Shown here piece after piece: positions 38,023-47,193 of a stretch of DNA of 64,000 bases (position 1 is its first letter; every line of letters begins with the position of its first letter). Below the pieces are notes generated by a model. The model was given only the letters and a program-made list of their open reading frames with translations. It searched no databases and was not told the origin of the DNA. The DNA is taken from assembly GCA_964389015.1 (NCBI GenBank), contig CAYMCR010000008.1:312-64311 (forward strand). The letters are read 5' to 3'. The stretch comes from an uncultured Fibrobacteraceae bacterium (GTDB lineage Bacteria; Krumholzibacteriota; Krumholzibacteriia; LZORAL124-64-63). Both the position numbers and the translations under genes were made by a program.

Positions 38023-38109
38023 CGTAATCTGCCGCTCTTGCCTGGACGCATCCGGTGGTCTAGTGTTGGCGGGACGAAGATCGCATCCTGCTCAAGATAA
38101 GGACAGATC

Positions 38110-38775
38110 ATGACCGCACACGGCCCGGATGCCAAGATACTTCCCGTGGACCTGCCCGCGGCAGACGAGTTGCTGCCCATTCTCTGGCAAGTCATCGAGA
38201 ACTGGCACGAAAAGGAACACCTGGTACAGGGCTGGGACGACGCCCTGCGGATCCTGCCGCCCGAACACGTCGGCTGGGCCGGCCTGGCCGAGCTGCTCCA
38301 ACTCATCAACACCTTCCAGTGGCACGAGGAGGACCGCAGCCGCGCCCACGACGACGACAGCGACGTCCTCGCCGCGGTCAAGCACTCCATCGACGAATCG
38401 AACGCGCGCCGCGTCAAGACCATCGAGCTCTTCGACAGCCAGATCATGCTGGTGCTGGCCTCCGCGTCTTTGCCCCTGGAATCCGCGCCGCTGCACTCCG
38501 AATCGCCGGCCAGCATCGTGGACCGGATCACCGTGCTCGCCCTCAAGCTCTACCATATCCGCGAGGAACTCTCCACCGCCGGCGGCACCATCGACGAGGC
38601 CATCCTCCATTCGCGCCTCGAGAGCCTCAAGGAGCAGATGGACGACCTGGCCGGCTGCCTGGACAGCCTGTTCCTGGATATCGCCGCCGGCTTGCGCAGC
38701 ATCAAGCTCTACAAGCAGGTAAAGGTCTACAAGGATCCCGCCACCGGGCGCTACCGGTCGGGACTGGAGGACTGA
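38110..38775 (+). CDS. hypothetical helical protein (DUF4254-like?) immediately upstream of the GlnE-like gene
   Basis: 221 aa, acidic, predicted all-alpha. The family assignment is from memory only. Confidence 0.4.
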   Translation: MTAHGPDAKILPVDLPAADELLPILWQVIENWHEKEHLVQGWDDALRILPPEHVGWAGLAELLQLINTFQWHEEDRSRAHDDDSDVLAAVKHSIDESNARRVKTIELFDSQIMLVLASASLPLESAPLHSESPASIVDRITVLALKLYHIREELSTAGGTIDEAILHSRLESLKEQMDDLAGCLDSLFLDIAAGLRSIKLYKQVKVYKDPATGRYRSGLED

Positions 38776-38856
38776 ACGGCTTATTATACAGTGGTGGAGC
38801 GGTGGGATAGAGGGCGGTTAGCTTCCCCATTCCCCTGTCGCCCGCAAAGGAAAGCC

Positions 38857-41823
38857 ATGCTGAACGACTTCGACCGCCTGCAGGAACGCATCGGCGAACT
38901 GGGCAACCACCACCGCAAGTTCACCCACTTCATTTCCCTGCACAAGGATCTGCTCACCGAACGTCTCGAGGAATCCGGCGCCATCGACGAGGTCCATTTC
39001 TGGTCCTCGGCCCCTGACATCACCCTGGAGATGGACCTGGTCTGCGAAATGGGCCTCGACGAATCGGAGCAGCTCAATTTTCTCGGCTGTTTTTTCGCTT
39101 TCCAGTTGCTCAATCTGAACGTCCGCGCCGTGGACGTGTTGCGGCTCGGCCTCTCCTCCGGGTCCGACCGTTTCGGCGTCTACCGCGATTTCATGCTGCA
39201 GATGGGCCGTGACCTGCGTCGGTTGACCGGCGCCTACATGTCCAAGCTGCTCAGCCTCTTTCTCGCGGCGGACGAACAGCCCGACTTCGTGATCTGCGGC
39301 GTCGGCACCCGGGCCGACCAGGACGATTTCGATCTCGGCATCATCGACGACGGCAGCGACCGGCGCGACGCCTTCAACCACGCCCTCGGCAGACTGCAGC
39401 GGGAGATGCTGCGCCGCGCCATCCCGCTGCATCTGCACCTTTCCGAGCATGTGGGCGAACAGAGCTTCTCCGCCTCCATCCCCGAATACATCAAGCTGCT
39501 CAAGGGCGAGATCCAGGACTTCATCATCATCACCGAGATGCTCGGCGCCAGGCACATCGTCGGCAGCAAGGACCTGTTCGAGGAGTACACCGCCCAGGTT
39601 ACCGACCGCTATTATTGCGACCCCGAAGGCGACAACCGTTATCACGAGGGCTACCTGCGGGGCATGATGGGTGAGATCCGCGCCCTGTTGCTGCGCAAGC
39701 TCCCCAGCGACAGTCTCCACCCCAAGCGAGACGCCCTGCGCATCATCAAAGGGCTCCTCGCCGCCAAGAAGACCGTGCTCGGCATCAAGGAAGTCAATGC
39801 CTGGCGCATCCTTGAGGAGCTGATGGCCCGGGACCCGGGCAACCTACAGACCTACACCGACCTGGAGGACGCCCTCTCCTTCATCGAGGTTTTCCGCTTC
39901 CTCTATCAGTTGCTGGAGGTGCAGGAAGAGGAGATCCTGCTCAAGGAGGCCGGCTCGCGCGCCCAGCTCGAATCGGTGGCCGACCTGATGGGCTACCGGG
40001 ACACCGGCGTGGTCCGTGGCTACGACCATCTGCTCATTCACTACCACGAGCACGTGCAAACCGTTCGCGCCGCCGCCAGAAAGCTACAGGACGACTTGTT
40101 GCATCACCTCGAGGAGATCAGCGTTTTCTCGAGTTTTCTGCGCGACCGGAACACCAACCTGGCGAGCTGGCGGAAAAAGAAGAACATCGCCACCGAGTTC
40201 GTCATGGCGTTGCGTTTCTTCCGCGGCACCCGGTTCTGGGACGACGTCATGACCCCTATCGAGCAGCACCGTGAGCTGCTGCACGAGTTCGTCGACGACT
40301 TCGAGGTGCTCGCCACGGAAGACCGCCTACAACTGGTACAGCGATACGCCAAGTGGGGCGAGGTCACCAGCCTCGTGGTCCTGCGGTTGCTGGTGCTGCT
40401 GCACCAGCAGCGCAGCTACGAGAACGCCGACGCCCTGTTCAACGATTTGAGCAGCGTCTTCGTCACCCGCATCAGCCAGGTGCCGGACGTGATTTCCCGC
40501 ATGACGGCCGTATTCGAAAACTATCCCAAACTGATGAACGATTTCCTGGCGGGGCTGCACGATGACGACCGCGAACGATTCACGCGGATCTTCGAGGACG
40601 AGGTCTGGAACGAGGAGGTGGAGGAGCTGCGCAAGAATCTACTCTACTTCTGCAAGCTCCACTGCTCGTCCAGCCATTACTTCAAGCGCTTCCTGCAACG
40701 CACCGTCGACAGGTACGCCGAATACGTCCGCCACCTGCACGAACCCGCACGGCTCAAGGTCATCGCCAAGGGGATCTTCGCCCGCGTCGATACCTTCCCC
40801 ACCTTCGCCCGCAAAAAAGAGGAACTGGGGAGCTATTACGATCTGGAATTCCTGCGCATCGGCCTGGAATGCCGGGAGGGCGCGCCCAGCGAGCAGATCA
40901 ACGCCGAATTCACCGAGTTCGTCGACACCTACCTCGAATCGCTCTTCGACATCTGCAAGCAGGAGGTGAGATCACAAGCCGAGATGTGGGTGCGCACACG
41001 TGACCTGCTGGCCATCTATGCCGCCGGCGGCCACGGCCGCAAGCTCGCTTTCGACGACGACTACGATCTGATCATCCTGCTCAATTCCGACGATCCGGAG
41101 ATCCGCAACTACTGCGGCAGGATCCTGACCCGCATGAACAGCGAGATCATCAAGCGCGGCACCATGCCCCAGTACCGCTTCGCGGAGCGCTTCGGCAATT
41201 ACGTCACCACTTTCACGGAGCTGAAGGATCTGTTCGAGGCGCCGGACGAGGTGACCTTTATCGACATGTCCCAGCTCATGGGCGCACGTAAGATCGTCGG
41301 CAGCAAGAAGTTCGAGGTTGAACTCTACCATCGGATCATCCGCCCCCATATCCTCGACCATCAGGACAGTTTCGTGCGCCAGATCGCCGACGAGATTCGG
41401 TCCCGTCACCAGGCGGTGGATCAGGGCGTCATCTCGGCGCTGGATATCAAGGAGACCAAGGGCGGCTTGCGGGATATCGAATTGATGCTGCTGATCCTCA
41501 TGGCCAGGTCCGATCTCTGGCGTCCGGTCACCCAGGAACTGTACACACCCCTGGCGGAGCGCCTACCGCACCGGGCCTACGATCTGGACCAGATGTTCGG
41601 GTCCTTCCGCTACCTGAAGCACGTGCGTGACATATACCGTCTGGCCGTCGCCGCCGAGGACAACCTCCTGCCCGAGGAGCTCGGCTACCTGGCCCATATC
41701 CTTGATTACTGCGAAGATGCCGACTGTGAGAAGGGACGCCAGCAACTGGTCGACGAGTTGCTCGCCCGCACCCAGCAGGTCTCGAACATCGTCTACTCTC
41801 TGCTGGACGAGCTACAGATCTAA
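38857..41823 (+). CDS. GlnE-like bifunctional nucleotidyltransferase (two Pol-beta-type NTase domains)
   Basis: 988 aa. Start at MLNDFDRL after AAGGAAAG. Two NTase signatures: FVICGVGTRADQDDFDLGIIDD and LAIYAAGGHGRKLAFDDDYDLIILL, each followed by a long helical domain. Architecture as in glutamine-synthetase adenylyltransferase. Confidence 0.65.
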   Translation: MLNDFDRLQERIGELGNHHRKFTHFISLHKDLLTERLEESGAIDEVHFWSSAPDITLEMDLVCEMGLDESEQLNFLGCFFAFQLLNLNVRAVDVLRLGLSSGSDRFGVYRDFMLQMGRDLRRLTGAYMSKLLSLFLAADEQPDFVICGVGTRADQDDFDLGIIDDGSDRRDAFNHALGRLQREMLRRAIPLHLHLSEHVGEQSFSASIPEYIKLLKGEIQDFIIITEMLGARHIVGSKDLFEEYTAQVTDRYYCDPEGDNRYHEGYLRGMMGEIRALLLRKLPSDSLHPKRDALRIIKGLLAAKKTVLGIKEVNAWRILEELMARDPGNLQTYTDLEDALSFIEVFRFLYQLLEVQEEEILLKEAGSRAQLESVADLMGYRDTGVVRGYDHLLIHYHEHVQTVRAAARKLQDDLLHHLEEISVFSSFLRDRNTNLASWRKKKNIATEFVMALRFFRGTRFWDDVMTPIEQHRELLHEFVDDFEVLATEDRLQLVQRYAKWGEVTSLVVLRLLVLLHQQRSYENADALFNDLSSVFVTRISQVPDVISRMTAVFENYPKLMNDFLAGLHDDDRERFTRIFEDEVWNEEVEELRKNLLYFCKLHCSSSHYFKRFLQRTVDRYAEYVRHLHEPARLKVIAKGIFARVDTFPTFARKKEELGSYYDLEFLRIGLECREGAPSEQINAEFTEFVDTYLESLFDICKQEVRSQAEMWVRTRDLLAIYAAGGHGRKLAFDDDYDLIILLNSDDPEIRNYCGRILTRMNSEIIKRGTMPQYRFAERFGNYVTTFTELKDLFEAPDEVTFIDMSQLMGARKIVGSKKFEVELYHRIIRPHILDHQDSFVRQIADEIRSRHQAVDQGVISALDIKETKGGLRDIELMLLILMARSDLWRPVTQELYTPLAERLPHRAYDLDQMFGSFRYLKHVRDIYRLAVAAEDNLLPEELGYLAHILDYCEDADCEKGRQQLVDELLARTQQVSNIVYSLLDELQI

Positions 41824-42368
41824 GGTACCAGTTCCTGAGCCGCTTCGACGCCGGCCTTGAAGGCGCTCAGGTTCAGTTCCTCGGTGCCCTTGGGCACCCG
41901 CGCGAGGATGGCCGCTTCGACCGCCTCCCGGGTGACCACCTTGGCCAGCTCGGTAATGACTCCCAAAGCGACGATGTTCGCCACCAGCACCTTGCCCACC
42001 TTCTCGCGGGCGATTTCGATGATGGGGACCCGGTAGACCTTGAAGCCGCCCTCGGGGATTTCGGAACAGGCATCCGCGTCCACGAGCAGGATACCGTCGT
42101 CCTTGAGATCGGCGTGGTACTTGTTCACCGACTCCTGGGTCAGAGCCAGCAGCAGATCGATGTTCACCGCCTTGGGATAGTCGATGTCCTCGTCCGAGAT
42201 GATGACCTCGGAGCGACTGGCGCCGCCGCGCGCCTCGGGACCGTAGGACTGGCTCTGGGTGGCGTTCTTGTCGTCGTAGATGGCTGCCGCCTCGGCAAGC
42301 ACCTTGCCGGCGAGCACGAGCCCCTGGCCGCCCTCACCGCTCAACCGGACCTCGTAGCGGAAACTCAT
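41820..42368 (-). CDS. korG: 2-oxoacid:ferredoxin oxidoreductase, gamma subunit
   Basis: 182 aa. GEGGQGLVLAGKVLAEAA motif of POR/KOR gamma. Confidence 0.85.
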   Translation of the reverse strand: MSFRYEVRLSGEGGQGLVLAGKVLAEAAAIYDDKNATQSQSYGPEARGGASRSEVIISDEDIDYPKAVNIDLLLALTQESVNKYHADLKDDGILLVDADACSEIPEGGFKVYRVPIIEIAREKVGKVLVANIVALGVITELAKVVTREAVEAAILARVPKGTEELNLSAFKAGVEAAQELVP

Positions 42369-43189
42369 GCCGACCCTCCCAGCTTTGCAATGAGCTTTTT
42401 GTACTCAGCCGTGTACTCGGGCTTCTCGATGTCGGTGAGGACGCCGGTGACGATCTTGTCCTCCAGCTCCTCCTTCGTCATCGTGGCCGCCTTCTTCACC
42501 GGCACCGATCTTTCGTGAAGGTCCTCGATCATCTGTACGGGGGTACGCATGCTGTTGCGTCGCCCGAAAACGGTGGGACAGGGAGACATCGCCTCGACCA
42601 CGGACAGGCCTTTCTTGAGCAAGGCCTTCTCGATGTACTTCGAGAGCTGGACCGCCCCGTAGGCCGTGCCGCGCGCCACGAAGGACGCGCCCGCGGCCTC
42701 GGCCAACCCGCTGATGTTGAACGACGCTTCGATGTTGCCGAACGAGGCGGTGCTGGCCCGCTTGCCCACGGGCGTCGTGGGACTGACCTGGCCGCCGGTC
42801 ATGCCGTAGATGGTGTTGTTCAGCAGGACGACCGTCAGATCGATGTTCCGCCGCGCGGCGTGGATGTAGTGGTTGCCGCCGATCGCGGTGGCGTCGCCAT
42901 CGCCGGTGATCACGACCACGTGCAGATCGGGATTGGCCATCTTGACGCCGGTGGCGAACGGGATGGCCCGGCCGTGGGTAGTGTGCAGGGTATTGAAATC
43001 AACGTACCCCGGCATGCGGCTCGAACAGCCGATACCCGAGACCATCACCATGTCGTCCCGGTTCCAGCCCACGCGATCGACAGCCCGCAGGATCGACTTC
43101 ATGACGATGCCGTGCCCGCAGCCCGGGCACCAGATGAGGGGAAACTTCGGGCCCCGCATATAGGGTGTATAATCGAAGCTCTCCATCAC
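42365..43189 (-). CDS. korB: 2-oxoacid:ferredoxin oxidoreductase, beta subunit (TPP-binding)
   Basis: 274 aa. WCPGCGHG ... GIGCSSR ... ITGDGD TPP/[4Fe-4S] motifs. Confidence 0.88.
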   Translation of the reverse strand: MMESFDYTPYMRGPKFPLIWCPGCGHGIVMKSILRAVDRVGWNRDDMVMVSGIGCSSRMPGYVDFNTLHTTHGRAIPFATGVKMANPDLHVVVITGDGDATAIGGNHYIHAARRNIDLTVVLLNNTIYGMTGGQVSPTTPVGKRASTASFGNIEASFNISGLAEAAGASFVARGTAYGAVQLSKYIEKALLKKGLSVVEAMSPCPTVFGRRNSMRTPVQMIEDLHERSVPVKKAATMTKEELEDKIVTGVLTDIEKPEYTAEYKKLIAKLGGSA

Positions 43190-44337
43190 TTCACCGCCTT
43201 CTCGATGGCAGTCAGGATTTCAGGCGGGCTGATCGGTTCACCGTTGATCTTGTTCACCTTGATCACCTCGGCTTGCCCGGCGACCGCCCACTCGACCTCG
43301 TGCGCGAGCTGGCCGAGGTTCATCTCCGGCACGATGATGCATCTGACCTTTTCACCCAAGGCGCGAACTTCCCGGTCGGGGAACGGCCACATGGTGCGTG
43401 GCCGCAGGAAGCATACCTTGAGACCCTTCTCCTGGGCCATCTGCATGGCCCGCTTGGCCGAACGCGCGGTTGAGCCGTAGGCGAAGATGCCGATCTCGGC
43501 GCCATCGTCACCGACCTGCTCCACTTCGATGATCTCGTCGCGGTAACGCTCCAGCTTGCGGTTGAGCCGGAGCATCTGCTTTTCGATCTCCACCGGGTCG
43601 TTGGTGGGGAAACCGGTCTCGTCGTGGCACAGCCCGGTGACATGGAACCGATAGCCGGTACCGAAGGTGGCCATCTCGGGAATGTCGTCGTCGGTGTGCC
43701 GGTATGGGAGGTAATCCTCCGGCGGCACGGTCGGTTTGTGCCGCTCGTAGATCTCCAGTTCAGAGTACTCCGGGATCCGGATCTTCTCGCTGATGTGCCC
43801 CACGGTCTCGTCCAGCAACAGGATGACGGGGATCCGGTACTTCTCGGTGAGGCTGAAGGCGCGCACCGTGAGGTCGATGGTCTCGGCCACGCTCTGCGGA
43901 CAGAGGACGATGATCGGATGGTCGCCGTGAGTTCCCCAGCGCGCCTGCATGACGTCCGACTGCTGGGGCATCGTCGGCAGCCCGGTGCTCGGCCCACCCC
44001 GCATGACGTTGACGATAACGCACGGAACCTCGGTGATGCAGGCGTAGCCGATGTTCTCCTGCTTCAGGGAAAATCCCGGGCCGCTGGTGGCGGTCATGGA
44101 TTTGGATCCCGCCAGGGAGGCGCCGATCACCGCACCCATGGCGGAGATCTCGTCCTCCATCTGGATGAACTTGCCGCCGCCGGCGGGCAGCTTGGTCGAC
44201 AGCTCCTCGGCGATCTCGGAAGACGGCGTGATGGGATAACCGGCGAAGAACTCGAGCCCGGCCGCGAGCGCCGCCTCGGCGCACGCCTCGTTGCCGGTCA
44301 TGACCCGAACTCTGTCATCTCTCTTGGTAACTGGCAT
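43186..44337 (-). CDS. korA: 2-oxoacid:ferredoxin oxidoreductase, alpha subunit
   Basis: 383 aa. TGNEACAEAALAAGLEFFAGYPITPSSEI typical of KorA/PorA. Confidence 0.88.
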   Translation of the reverse strand: MPVTKRDDRVRVMTGNEACAEAALAAGLEFFAGYPITPSSEIAEELSTKLPAGGGKFIQMEDEISAMGAVIGASLAGSKSMTATSGPGFSLKQENIGYACITEVPCVIVNVMRGGPSTGLPTMPQQSDVMQARWGTHGDHPIIVLCPQSVAETIDLTVRAFSLTEKYRIPVILLLDETVGHISEKIRIPEYSELEIYERHKPTVPPEDYLPYRHTDDDIPEMATFGTGYRFHVTGLCHDETGFPTNDPVEIEKQMLRLNRKLERYRDEIIEVEQVGDDGAEIGIFAYGSTARSAKRAMQMAQEKGLKVCFLRPRTMWPFPDREVRALGEKVRCIIVPEMNLGQLAHEVEWAVAGQAEVIKVNKINGEPISPPEILTAIEKAVK

Positions 44338-44358
44338 TGACCAGGATCCTTTCCGCGA

Positions 44359-44565
44359 TCACTTCACGGTGATGGCAAAATCGGGGCAGCGATAGTCGCA
44401 GAGCTGACACCTGTTGCAGGGATCGAGATTGACAACGACCGCGACACCATTCTCGAGCGCCAGTACGTCCTGGGGACAGTATTCGACACAGATGTTGCAG
44501 CCCTTGCACCACACCGTGTTGATCTCGATCACAGGAGGGGCTTCCTGTTCTGTTTTCTTGCTCAC
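44359..44565 (-). CDS. korD: 2-oxoacid:ferredoxin oxidoreductase, delta subunit (2x[4Fe-4S] ferredoxin)
   Basis: 68 aa with two CxxCxxCxxxCP motifs. Confidence 0.85.
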   Translation of the reverse strand: MSKKTEQEAPPVIEINTVWCKGCNICVEYCPQDVLALENGVAVVVNLDPCNRCQLCDYRCPDFAITVK

Positions 44566-44798
44566 TTGGATCTCCTGTCGAAGCCACCTGCCGGTTGCCG
44601 CGCTTCAGCGTGATCCGGGCTCCTCGAAAGCCCGCTGATCTCGCGCAAATATAGTGCCTTGGACTCGATACGAGCAAGAAAGTCGCCTCAATTAGAACGG
44701 GAAATATGGCAGGAAAAATCAGGCGCACAGTTCACTGGGCGCGTACGTCCGGGGAGGCATGATAGTGGACTGAAGAACCGGCTCGCTACTTGTCGCCG

Positions 44799-45371
44799 TC
44801 ACCTGTACAGATTCTTGACCCCGCCCCAGCTCCGGCTCTCCGCCGGCGTGATGCCCAGGGGCGTGATCCGCACCGAACAGCCCGACAGGAACTGAGGGTC
44901 CTCCCCGCAGATCTCCACGGACGACATGGCGGCCGCGCCCATGAAGAACGGTCCCGTCGGCTGGTAGATCCAGGTGAAGGTGAGCGTGGCGATGTGGATG
45001 ATATCCGTCGGGAGGCAGTCCGGGGCGCTGGTGCGCACACCGAGAATCGGATCGCCCTCGTGGACGAGCGAGGCGGAGATCAGATCGGACTCGACCATGT
45101 AGGCTGGCGAACCGCCGCAGCAGCTCTGCAGGACGGCCCAGTCGACGGCTGAGAAGTCCCAGGGCAGGGGTTCGACCGCGCCGGGGCCGGCGAGAATGAC
45201 GTACAGTTCGAAGTCGCTGTCGAAATCGACCTCGGCCTCGCCGAGGTAGGCGTCCGGCGCCGCGGAGAGACCGAGTACGCTGTACTCCCCCTGCGCCGTG
45301 GCGAAACCGGCGTAGAGCGAGAGCGACAGGACGCAGGCGAACACGAGAGCAAGGCTGCGCAGACGAGGCAT
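44799..45371 (-). CDS. small secreted protein carrying the shared C-terminal module (ends WGGVKNLYR)
   Basis: Signal peptide MPRLRSLALVFACVLSLSLYAGFATAQG. Cys-containing. The terminal motif is shared with 29893..31014 and 31481..32473. Confidence 0.6.
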   Translation of the reverse strand: MPRLRSLALVFACVLSLSLYAGFATAQGEYSVLGLSAAPDAYLGEAEVDFDSDFELYVILAGPGAVEPLPWDFSAVDWAVLQSCCGGSPAYMVESDLISASLVHEGDPILGVRTSAPDCLPTDIIHIATLTFTWIYQPTGPFFMGAAAMSSVEICGEDPQFLSGCSVRITPLGITPAESRSWGGVKNLYR

Positions 45372-45496
45372 GGATCATCCTCCAGGTCCGGTCGGGGGCC
45401 GACGCCGGTCGGGTCATGCGTGCGAGCAATCCCCGACAATAAAGGTATGTGTTCGCGGGACTGCAACCCCTTGGCGGCTGAATCGATGCAGCGACG

Positions 45497-46501
45497 TCAG
45501 CCGGGCGGGGCCTGGTAGAAGAAGACGGCTTGATCTCCCTCGCCACGGACGTTGAGGGCCCGGGCGCGCTGTTCGAACTCGGCCAGCCGGCCGCTGTCGA
45601 ACAGGGACCGGGCGGGATTTGACGCCACCGACCGTGGATCGCGCAGGGGCACATCCTGGCGGTATTGCTCGCTGCCCCAGAACTGGAAGCCGGTGGAATC
45701 GTGCAGCAGACGGCGGCGCTGGAAACCCGCGGCGCTCGCGAGACGGTCCAGACTCTTGCAGGTGTGCAGGTAGAGATGCCGCGGCGCGTCGAGCTGGACC
45801 CAGTCGACGCCGTACTCGCGCCAGGCGGCGCTGTCGGTCACGGGGATGCGGATCAACAGCCAGCCGCCGGGTCGAACCAGGCGCTGCAGGTGCCCGAAGA
45901 CGTCCTGCTGGTCGGGCATGTGCTCCAGGGAATGATGCAGCATGACCAGGTCGTGCGTTGCGGCGTGATCGGCCAGGCCACAGCGGTGGATCAGCAACCC
46001 GCCGCCGTGGTCGAGATCCGCCGCGAGGAAGGGATCGATCCCCTGCAGGTCGCGGAAACCGTCGCTACGGAGCTCCTGCAGCAACTCCCCCGCGCCGCAG
46101 CCCACGTCCAGGATCGAGGCCTCGAAACCCAGGCCCATCCAGGCCATCCACTCGAGTTGCGGCGTGGTGCCGAGCAGGCGCAGGAGCACCGCGCCCAGGG
46201 GATCGCCGCCGCGCAGCCGGGCCCTGGCCCGACACCGTTTGAGCCGGTCCCGCAGACCGTTCCAGCGCGCAGGGCCGTTCTTGGCATAGGAGTAGTAGTC
46301 GGACGGGTAGTAGGACGACAGGTCGGTGGACGGATGGACGAGCTGGACGCAGCCGCAGCCGGCGCATTCCAGATAGGTGAAGGTGTCGCGCAGGCCGAAC
46401 ATCATCTCGCGGACCTCGTGCAGGCGGTTGCCCTCGACGTTGCTGCAGATGCTGCAGATGGCGCTGGCCGTGTTCAACCCAGCCCCTCCAGCAGCTCGCA
46501 C
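45497..46501 (-). CDS. class I SAM-dependent methyltransferase with N-terminal CxxC...CxxC zinc ribbon
   Basis: LDVGCGAGELL (motif I) ... LVMLHHSLEHM ... RPGGWLLIRIP. CSIC and CAGCGC pairs at the N-terminus. The start is uncertain: the ORF start at 46501 overlaps the 3' end of ispD by 28 nt. Confidence 0.7.
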   Translation of the reverse strand: MRAAGGAGLNTASAICSICSNVEGNRLHEVREMMFGLRDTFTYLECAGCGCVQLVHPSTDLSSYYPSDYYSYAKNGPARWNGLRDRLKRCRARARLRGGDPLGAVLLRLLGTTPQLEWMAWMGLGFEASILDVGCGAGELLQELRSDGFRDLQGIDPFLAADLDHGGGLLIHRCGLADHAATHDLVMLHHSLEHMPDQQDVFGHLQRLVRPGGWLLIRIPVTDSAAWREYGVDWVQLDAPRHLYLHTCKSLDRLASAAGFQRRRLLHDSTGFQFWGSEQYRQDVPLRDPRSVASNPARSLFDSGRLAEFEQRARALNVRGEGDQAVFFYQAPPG

Positions 46502-47193
46502 GCTCGCACGAGATCGGCGGCCGTGGTGACCTTCCAGTTGGTCTCGTCCCCCGGCACGATCACCGGCGGCTCGCCCCGGGCCGCGAGCAGACCGCCGTCG
46601 TCGGTGAAGGACGCGTCCTCAGCCGCGGCCCAGGCGTGCACGTCGTACAACAGCGCCCAACGGAAGACCTGCGGCGTCTGCACGGCGAACAGGGTGTCGC
46701 GGTCCAGATAGGCCACCGCGCCGTCGGCTGCGGTGCGGGAAGCCACGATCGTGTCGGCGACCGGAACACCAGGGACGGCGCCGCCGCTCGCGCCGGCGGC
46801 TTCGTACAGGCGGCCCAGCAGCTCCGCCTTGACGAACGGGCGGGCCGCGTCATGGACGGCGACAAGATCGTCGTCACCGGGATCCTCGCCTGCGCGCAGA
46901 ACCTCCAACGCACTACAGGTCGACGCCGTGCGCGTAGGGCCGGGATCGGCGAAGCGGACCGCGGGTCGGTCCGGCAGGGCCGTGCCGACCGTCTCGCGCC
47001 AGGCCTCGGCGCAGGTCACCGTCAGACTGGTCACGGCGGGGTGGGCGGCCAGGGCACGGGCACTCCAGCCCAGCAGGATGCGGCCCGCAGCCACGGCGAA
47101 CTGCTTGGGCGGCGCGCCCTCGGCGCGGCGGGCGCGCGACCCGCTACCGCCGGCGAGGATGATCAGATGCAGGGGTGCCGGCGCGACGGTCAT
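46474..47193 (-). CDS. ispD: 2-C-methyl-D-erythritol 4-phosphate cytidylyltransferase
   Basis: Start at [21 protein letters not shown] (ATGA overlap with the radA stop). The IspD P-loop-like N-terminus is ..PKQF.. The upstream 169 codons of the ORF are an artefact. Confidence 0.85.
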   Translation of the reverse strand: MTVAPAPLHLIILAGGSGSRARRAEGAPPKQFAVAAGRILLGWSARALAAHPAVTSLTVTCAEAWRETVGTALPDRPAVRFADPGPTRTASTCSALEVLRAGEDPGDDDLVAVHDAARPFVKAELLGRLYEAAGASGGAVPGVPVADTIVASRTAADGAVAYLDRDTLFAVQTPQVFRWALLYDVHAWAAAEDASFTDDGGLLAARGEPPVIVPGDETNWKVTTAADLVRACELLEGLG

